From the human T2T-CHM13v2.0 reference genome, Homo sapiens: DNA of 64,000 bases. The stretch lies in NCBI RefSeq assembly GCF_009914755.1, contig NC_060927.1, one strand, 5' to 3'. This document shows, one piece after another, positions 51,501 through 64,000 of this stretch; within the stretch, counting starts at the first letter, position 1; every line of letters starts with the position of its first letter. Below the pieces are notes generated by a model that saw nothing but the letters and a program-made list of their open reading frames with translations, did no database searches and was not told the origin of the DNA. The position numbers were made by a program, and so were the translations under genes.

Positions 51501-53986
51501 AAACAGTGATCACAAATATAGCCAAAAAGACATATACAAAGATGTTTAGTTCATTATTGTTTTAAACAAAAACAACAGCAAAAAAAAAAATATTGGAGAA
51601 CATGGCAGTTCTTCAATACAATAAATAAAATTGCTAAATAAAATGTGAGACACTTAATGTATAAAATACTAATTATATATGTAGATACTCTCATGGATAG
51701 ATTTGCTTATAGCATTTGGGAGCATCTACACAGAAACAATAAAGGAAGAAATAGAGCACTATATAATCTATACGGAGATCACATATGTATACAAATCCAT
51801 AGAAAAACATCTGATAATAAAGACATCTAACAAAGAGGTAGGGAAAAGACAGATTTAATTTTATGGTCAAAAAGGACCTTAGCATTTTTTATAATATTTT
51901 ATTTACTTGGTTGGAAGCAAGTATTTACTTGGTTGGAAATAAAATTATTTTATAACTTAACTAACTTTGATCAATTATAGACAGTATGTAGAAGAGAAAG
52001 ATAGAGAGAAAAAGAGAAAGTGAGAGAGGAAAGGAGCAGGAGGAGAAGGAGGAGAAAGAGTAGAAAGTGGAGGAGGAGAGAAAGAGACAAAAAGAACTCT
52101 GGTGAGGATGGGGAAAAGTTCTTTAAATAGGGTGATAGGTGAAGTATGTCTGAGGAATTGACATTTGAGTAGAAGACTGAACTAAGTGAGGAAGTTGATC
52201 ATGTGGAATATAGAAAATGTTAGGCAGTGGGAATGAACAGCAAGTACAATGGCCCTAAGGCCAGCTTGGTATATTAGAGGAAGAGCAAAGGGGAGAACAT
52301 AGAGAGGTAAGCAGGAGCTACATCTTTTGGGACTTTGTCTGGATTTTATCTGAAGAATTATGAGAAACCAACTGGAGGACTCTTAGCAGGGGAGGAATCT
52401 GATTTACATTTTGCTGCTCTTAAATTAGACTTTTTATTTGACATAATTGTGGATTTACATGTAGTTGTAAGAAATAATATAGAGAGAGCCCATGTACCAT
52501 TTACCCAATTTCCTCCATTAGTAACGTATTGTGAAACTGTAGCACAGTATCACAGTCAGGATATGGACACTGATATTGTCAAGATACAGAATACTTCCAT
52601 CACAACAAGGGTCCCTCATGCTGTCTCTATACAACCATCCCCACGCTGTCCTTATAGCCCAGCAACATTAATCTCTTCTCCATTTCTATAATTTTATCAT
52701 TTCCAGAATGTTACAGAAATGGAATCATACAATGTAACCTTGGGATTACCCAGCACCATTCATCTGTCCTCCATTTTTATAATTTTATCATTTCCAGAAT
52801 GTTATAGAAATGGAATACATAGGATGTAAACTTTTGGGATTGGCGTTTTTCATTTAACAAAGTTCTCTGGAGATTCACAGAGGTGGTTGATAGTTTGCTT
52901 CTTTTGATTGCCAGGCACTATTCCACGGTACCTGCTAACCATTCATATAAGTTAGCATGGTTAACAAGTACCTGTTTAACCATTCACTTACTATAGGATA
53001 TCTGGTTTTGGCTATTAGAAATAAAACTGCTCTAAACATTCATGTACAGATTTTTGTGTGTACCTGTTTTCATTTCTTTAGGATAAATGCCCAGGAGTGC
53101 TATTCCTGGGTTGCGTGGTAGTTGCATGCTTAGTTTTTAAAGAAACTCCCATACTGAATTCCAGAGTTGCTGTACCATTTTACATTCTCATCAGCAATGT
53201 ATGAGTGATATAGTTTCTCCATTTTCTTGCCTACAGTCTTTGCCGTTTTGTTTTTATTTTAGCCATTCTGATATGTGTGTAGTGCTAAGTTTCTCATTGT
53301 GATTTTAATTTGCATTTTCCTAATGTGTAATGATAATAAAAATTTTTCCATTTGCTTATTTGCAAATCTATATTTTCTTCAGCAAAATGTTTATTCATAA
53401 CATTTGCTCATCATCTAAGTGAATTTTTGTTTACCATTAAGTTCTGGGGAATTCTTTATATATTTTATGTAACAGTGTTTTATGAATTTTTTTGTAATTA
53501 TTTTCTCCCTGTTATAGCTTATCTTTTTGTCTTCTCCATAAGGTTTTTGCAGAGAAAAACTTTTTAATTTTGATGAGGTTTAATTTATCAAATATTATTT
53601 TTGTAGATGGCACTTAATATTCTAAGAACTCTTTGTTGTCCTAGATCTTAAAGATTTTCTCCTATATCTTTTCTAAAAGTGTTATAGTTTTATATCATAC
53701 ATTTAATTCTGTGATTCATTTCCGATTAATTTTTATATAAGACATGAGACACAGATCAAAGTTCTTTTGTTTGTTTGTTTATGGAAATACAAACTCTCCA
53801 GTACCATTTGTTGAAAAAGCTATGCTTCCTTTATTGAATTTGTTTTCATTTTTGTCAAAAATTAGTTGTGCATACATTTGTGGGCCCATTTCTGAGTTCT
53901 CTATTGTATTTCACTGAGCAATGTGTCTATTTCTCCACCAGTCCTATGCAATCATGATTACTATAGCTATACAACAAGTTGTATAA

Positions 53987-56625
<2,639 letters not shown>

Positions 56626-59600
56626 GAAATTGACTAGATGGGTTTTCTCTCACTTTATTCTTTTTCAAAATTGTTTTCAATACTTCAGGGTCTATGCTTT
56701 TCCTTATGAATTTTAGAGTAATCTTGTCTATATCTACAAAATCATACTGGGATTTTTATTGGGAATGCATTAAACCTATATATGAATTTGAGGAAAATTA
56801 ACACCTGTACTATATTGAGTGTTCTAATCCACATAGCATATCTCTCCATTGAATTCAACCTCATTTGATCTTTCATCAGTGTTTTATAGTTTTCAGCATG
56901 CAAGTCCTATACATGTTTTATTACATTTACACCTAAGTATTTCTTTTTTATCTCTGAGTGTTTTTATATGGTATTGTATTTTGAATTTTGGTGCCCATGT
57001 GTTCATTACTAGTACATAGCAACACAATTAATTTTATATACTTATCTTGTATCCTGAAACTTTGCTGAGCTCATTTATTAGTTACAGGAGTTTTGGGGTA
57101 GATTTATTGGGATTTTCTACATAAACAATCATGTTTTCTGTAAATAAGGACAGTTTTATTTCTCCCTTTCTCATCTATACGATTTTAATTTCCTTTTCCT
57201 GCCATGGCACACTACATAGAACTTCCATCACTATATTGAGTAAGAGTGGTGAAAGCTGACATCCATGGCTTTTCCTGATTCAGAAACACATTTGGAAAAA
57301 CTTAACACACCGTTATGATAAAAACTCTCACAAAATAGAATGGAAGAAATTTCCTCAACTTGATAGGAATTGACAAAACATTATAACTACCATTATATTT
57401 AATGGCAAAAGACTGAAAATTTTCTTCCTAATTCAGTTCTGTACGTTCCTGCATCACTTATTTTGCAACTTGTTCAGTGCATAAGCATTAGGATCATATA
57501 TTCTTGATAGAGTGACATATTTGATTCTTTATAATACATATCATTATAAAACATTCTTCTCTGTTTCTGGTAATTTTCTTTGATCAATCCAGCTTTCTCT
57601 AGATTAATACTTGTATGATACTTTCCCATTTTTAAATTTAATTTACCTACATCATTATACATAAAATAAATATCTTATGATATCATAAAATTAGGTTATA
57701 GTTTTTAACTCATTCTGCCAATCTCTATCTTTTAATTGAAATCATTTTTATTTATATAATTCTTACATTTGCAATCATTTTTATTTAATATAATTCTTAC
57801 ATTTTAGGGCCTAAATCTGCCATTTTAGATTTTTCATGTGGGGGGAGGGTTATTCTCTTTGTTTTCCTTCATGTGTTTTTGTTTCCCTGCTTTTTCTATG
57901 GATTATTTGAACTTTTTAGAACTTCATTTTTATTTTTCCATGGTGTTTTTTTGTGTGTCACTTTGTGTATATAACCTTGTAGTGGTCCTGTAGATTTTTC
58001 ATTATTTATAGATTACACCACATTCTACTTGCATTGACATTTTGCCAGTTTGAGCAAAATTTAAAAATCTTATTTCCTGTTGTGTTCCTTTACCTTCCCC
58101 AATTTATAATCTAATCAATCTAAATATTTCCTCTATTTACATTTAGAACCACATCAAGTGGTGTTATGTTTTTGCTTCAACCATCAAACATAATTTAGAA
58201 AACTCAAGAAGATAAAGAAAATATATTGTACTTGCCCATGTTTTTGCTTACTATGTATTTGTTCTTTCCTCATTTACTAAGATTCTTTCTTTTATTGTGT
58301 TTCTTGTGTTTAATGAACTTTCTTTAGCTATTCTTTTAGGACTAATTCTGAGCTGGTGACAAATTCTCTTAGCTTTGGTTCATCTGATATTACATGATTT
58401 CCCCTTTCATTTCTAAAAAATAATTTCACTGGATAAAGGATTCTGGGCTGACAGTTCTGTTCTTTTCATTTCAGCAATTCAAAAATATTGTGCCACTTTC
58501 TTCTGGTCTTCATAATTTCTGATGACTAATCCATTGTCACTCATATTGTTTTTTTACTTCAGGTAGTGTCACACCTCTCTCTCCCTTTCTCTCTCTCTCT
58601 ACTTTAAGGAATTTTTCTTTATCTATAATTTTAACCACTATGTATGTCAGTATAGATTTTTTTTTTATTTAACTTCTCTGGGTTTTGTTCAGCTTCTTGA
58701 ATCTATAGGTTTGTGTATTTTGCCAAATTTGGGAAGTTTTTCAGCCATTATTTCTTTGAGTACTTCTTAAGCTCCATACACTTTCTTCTTCTTTCTAGGA
58801 CTCTGATAACATAAATAGTGTATTCTTTCTAGGAATCTTGATAACATAAATAGTGAAATAGTAACACAGGTCCCTAAGACTTTGTTCATTTTTTAGTCTA
58901 TTTTCTCAACTTTTTTTTAGATTGGGTAATTTCAATTGTTCTATTTTCAAGTTCACTGATTCTTTTATCTCTCTCACCATTCTGCTGTGGAGCAAATTCA
59001 TTGAGTTTTTAAAAATTTTGGTTATTGTATTTTTAAGTTCTAGAATTTTCATTTGGTACTTCTTTATATATTCTATTTCTTTGCTGAGACTTTCCTTTTT
59101 GCTTTTCTTTTTTTGAGCCTGTTAGTGTTCACTGAAGTATATTTATTATGGCTGCTTTAAAATATTTTTCAGTATGACATCTCTGTTTGATGTTGGCATC
59201 TATTATTGCCTTTTTTCATTCAGTTTGAGATCTTCCTTATTTTTTGTATAATGTGTGACTTTTTATTGAAACCTGAACATTATGGGTATTATATCATAAA
59301 ACTCTGTATCTTAATTAAACCTTCTGCTTTAGTTGGCTTTTCTGACACCCACTCAAGTAGGGGAAGGAATGACACTGACTTGTTACTGCCCAGTACAAGA
59401 AGATGTCCAGGTTCTCTACCCAGCCTTTGTTTGTACATGAGGTGGGATTCCTGGTTACTTTCAACCAGGGGTTGGAGTTCCATCACTCCAACAGGCCTCC
59501 ACTGATAACTCCCTTGCTGGAAAAGGTAGAAGTGCCTGCTATTGCTTGTAGCCTAGCTTCCACTAACTCTGCAAGGAGATGGCCCTCTTATCAGTGGGTG

Positions 59601-62331
59601 GTGGTTTGAGGCCTGACTCTACTAGACCTCCTCTGATACCACCCCTAGAAGGGAAGAAGAGAAGCACTTTATTAATGCTGGGTAGTGGTGGAAGTTCAGA
59701 CTCACCGCATGGTCTCCTCTGACACCCTGACACCCTGCAGGAATGAAAGTCCTGGTTCCTACTTGGCTTTTCTGTCAACACCTTGTTGGGGTGGGGGCTC
59801 ATTAATGCCTGGCCAAGATGTTTAGTTTCCTTCTTGGTCTTTGTTGGAATGGGTAGGAAATTTTTCTGTGATTTGTGCCTGAAGCAAAATGGTTATTGTC
59901 TAAAAGTCTTCTGCCTTGCTAGGCTGCCCGTTTCCTGGTCTTTTGCCTAAACAGAAAAGATATTTGTTGGTTTTGTTCTGTTCTGTTTTGTCGTGTTTTG
60001 TTTTGTTGTCTGCTCCTGTTGGCATTTCTAGGTTGCCAGCTTTTTCAGCTTCAAATCTAGGATATTCCAGGCAAAAACACAACCTAGGAACTCATGGTGT
60101 GCCATTCCTTGGGTCGTGAAGTCCCTAGCCATCTAACTTTTTCTCTCCACCTTTCAGAGACTTTTTATATTTGTTATGTATAATATTCAGGGTTTTTTTG
60201 TTGTACTTACTGAGAGTAATAAAAAAAATACATGTACTCCGTCTTCACAAAAGTAGCAGTTTCATGATTTACATTTTAAAGGTTACACTGGTTGTTAACA
60301 TGGGGCATAGACCACAACAGAAATGGAGCAAGAGAGCACATAAACTAGGCTACAGTAGATGTTATCCAAAAGAAGTTCTACAACTTATTAGCTATAATCT
60401 GGGCATGTTATTTGATCCTTTAACATATTAGTTGAATAGATTACTTGATAAATTACATCATATATTTTGCAGTGAGGCCAAGAGGATTTTTTGGAATATT
60501 AATTGTGGAGGGTGAAGAGAAGAGAAGATTTAAAGATAATTCCTGGGTTTGAAACTGAATGGTGATACTATTGACTGACAGAGATGAGAGAAATAAGAGC
60601 AAGGAGGATCAAGAGTTCAGATTTAGACATGATGAATTGTGGATGTTGATGTTGATATTGCCAAATATTTAAAAAGCAGCTGGAGCTCAGGGAAGAGATT
60701 GGGACTAGAGATGTAAATCTAGGATTAATCAGCCTACAAAATCAGGTATACAACTAGATGAGTATAGGGATCGAAGACAAGATAATCTACCAACCTGAGA
60801 ATAAATGATGTTCCCTTGAGGTAGTTGTGGAAGAAGGCAACAACAGAAAGAAAATGATGAATACTGATAATAAGAAGCACTATCCACGAGAGAAGCCATG
60901 GGGTTCATATATCTCTGCACGTCTAGGGGCATCCACAAGGATCACATTGGAAGATCCTGAGCTGCTAGAAAGCCTTCAAACTTTAAGGAAGAAATATCTC
61001 CCTGTACCCATGGTCTTTTGAATAGTTCCACGCTGGACTCTGACATATCCCCCAACATTATCTGAATATCAAGTTACAGTGAGCTCAGCTCACTGCCAAG
61101 CGAGCACTTTCCTGAGGCAACTCTTAAAATATGCTAATAGAAATGTAAAAACACTAACTTTATTTTACATACATAAGACTCATACTGGATTACTCATCTT
61201 CAGCTGTGAATCCTATTTTAATGTTTAATGAAATCAAAGGCATCTGAATAAAAAGTTAAAAATTTATAATAAACAACTGCTTGTCAAGACATTACTGGTA
61301 CACTATATGCCTGCAGATATAATTTTATGCAGTTTAGATGCAAAAATATAGAACTATCTTTCATATATGTAAGGACTATTTACTTTATCTCTGCTCCTCT
61401 CCTGAGATGACTTTTGGAACATTTTGTTCCCCGTAAAGCTGTGAAAATTGGTAGGAGCTAATACCCTCTTGCTGAGTCCTTAACTGCAGACTTAGCTTTT
61501 TAAAGACCCATTAAAGTTGGTTGATAAGCTATGGTAAATCAACATATTTCAAGAAGTCTCCTCACTCCTCAGTGGATAAGAGTCCTGGGAAAGATTAAAT
61601 AGGCTATCACGCTATCCTTAACTATCCCTCAGAAGTAATTGCTGAGAACTTTAAAAATATTATGTCGACAAGTGAACATCTTCAAAATTAGATTTCAATA
61701 TTGCACTCCAAACTAAATGAAACATTCCAGAAGAAAGTGCCTTAATTATTCAACCTTTGATAGCAACTGAATGAAAATTTGTCAGTATTGAAGTTATGAA
61801 GTGTCAGTGATTAGTTTTGGATGAGGGGAGTATAATAGACCCTGCATTCTTAAGGTCAATAAATGTCTGAAAACAAATTTGGAGTAATTATGTTTTTGTC
61901 TTGCATGGCCTTGTTACTATAACTGAATATGTCAGCTCGACACCTGAGGTCTTGCTTAGCCTCATGCTTACCGTAATATTTAAAGATTCCTGTAACTTTC
62001 ACACAGGGCTATATAAAATTTGTTTACAACAAGGAAGGAAGGCATCACCTGCATTTCTAAAACTTCTCAGAAAGAGTGGAAATACTACTGATCACTTGGT
62101 TATGGTCACAGATACATGAAAGATGGGAAATAATAGAAATCTAAGCATTTTAATAGACAGGGTACATAATTGGAAGATAACTCTACTGAAGTTAAGAGAG
62201 TATAAATATCTCAATGACTTAGACAAATTATTTAAATTTTCTTTGCCCTACAACATTTGTTTATAAGCTAAAATATTTGGTACAGAAGCCCTAAAACTTT
62301 TCAGCATTAAATTTGTTTAAAAATTACATCT

Positions 62332-63373
<1,042 letters not shown>

Positions 63374-63484
63374 AAAAATTACATCTCAAATAAAGATTCT
63401 TAAGATATAAGACTTGAGATATCATTACACCTTGAATTTTGGAGGCATATAAGCATGGCATCTTAGTTTTCTTTCAATAGTGTA

Positions 63485-64000
63485 TGTAGTAGATTTCATT
63501 TTCCAAAATGGTAGCAACAACATCTCTCATTCCATCTGCACTTCTCACAATGTGTTGTAGGCATTTCTATAACAGGCCTATAACATTCCTTTTAAGTTTT
63601 GGCTATGTGACTTACTTCAAAAGTGTTCTTCCAGTTAAAGATCAAATATATATTCTTTTACATTGTTTTCTAATAATTTTATGATTTACTTTTACATGAA
63701 TATATTTAATCTATTTTTAATTCAGAGTTGTGTGAATAAAAATCATATCTTAAACTTTTATAGAATATTATCAACTTATTCTCTTAGTTACTGAATAGCC
63801 CATTTTCCCTGATGATTTAAAATGTCCACTTTATAGCATGTCAAATTCAGAAAGAGGAAAAGAGTTGTTTCTAGGCTCTTTATTATATTTCTATTAGCTA
63901 TTATCTTTTTAACTAATAATGGTTAAATTCTGATTTAACTATTGTTTGTTAATGCTTTGATGTTAATATGGCAAGCTCCTACCACTATGCTTTTTAATAT
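63485..64000. mobile_element. MLT1 LTR fragment followed by an old L1M (minus) remnant
   Basis: TGTAGTAGAT..CCAAAATGGTAGCAACAACATCTC; T-rich L1 reverse text. Confidence 0.45.

Overview
Primate, most likely human, nuclear DNA. It is AT-rich and repeat-dense, and I can support no host protein-coding exon. Positions ~181-7459 are an old nuclear copy of mitochondrial DNA (NUMT), pseudogenised and rebuilt from six non-overlapping pieces with orientation switches: [ND4L-trnR-ND3-trnG-COX3-ATP6](-), [control-region-like DNA-trnF-5' 12S](+), [ND5-ND6](+), [COX1](-), [ND1-trnI-trnQ-trnM-ND2](+), [5' 16S-trnV-3' 12S](-). The rest is nested transposable elements. These include a 5.6-kb HERV-H/LTR7 provirus (26662-32267, minus strand, perfect GTTTC TSD and tRNA-His PBS), three 5'-truncated L1PA copies (one with a 730-aa RT-containing ORF started by a target-site ATG), old L1M/L2/MIR, MaLR/ERVL/ERV1 LTRs, MER20, seven Alus and microsatellites. 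I found no convincing new biological system. The most unusual observations are the shattered NUMT, its control-region-position segment with a diverged 216-bp-period repeat, an orphan poly(A) insertion with a 15-bp TSD, a fossil MOTS-c frame and an old local templated duplication. Family names come from recalled consensus sequences, not database searches, and boundaries of old elements are approximate.
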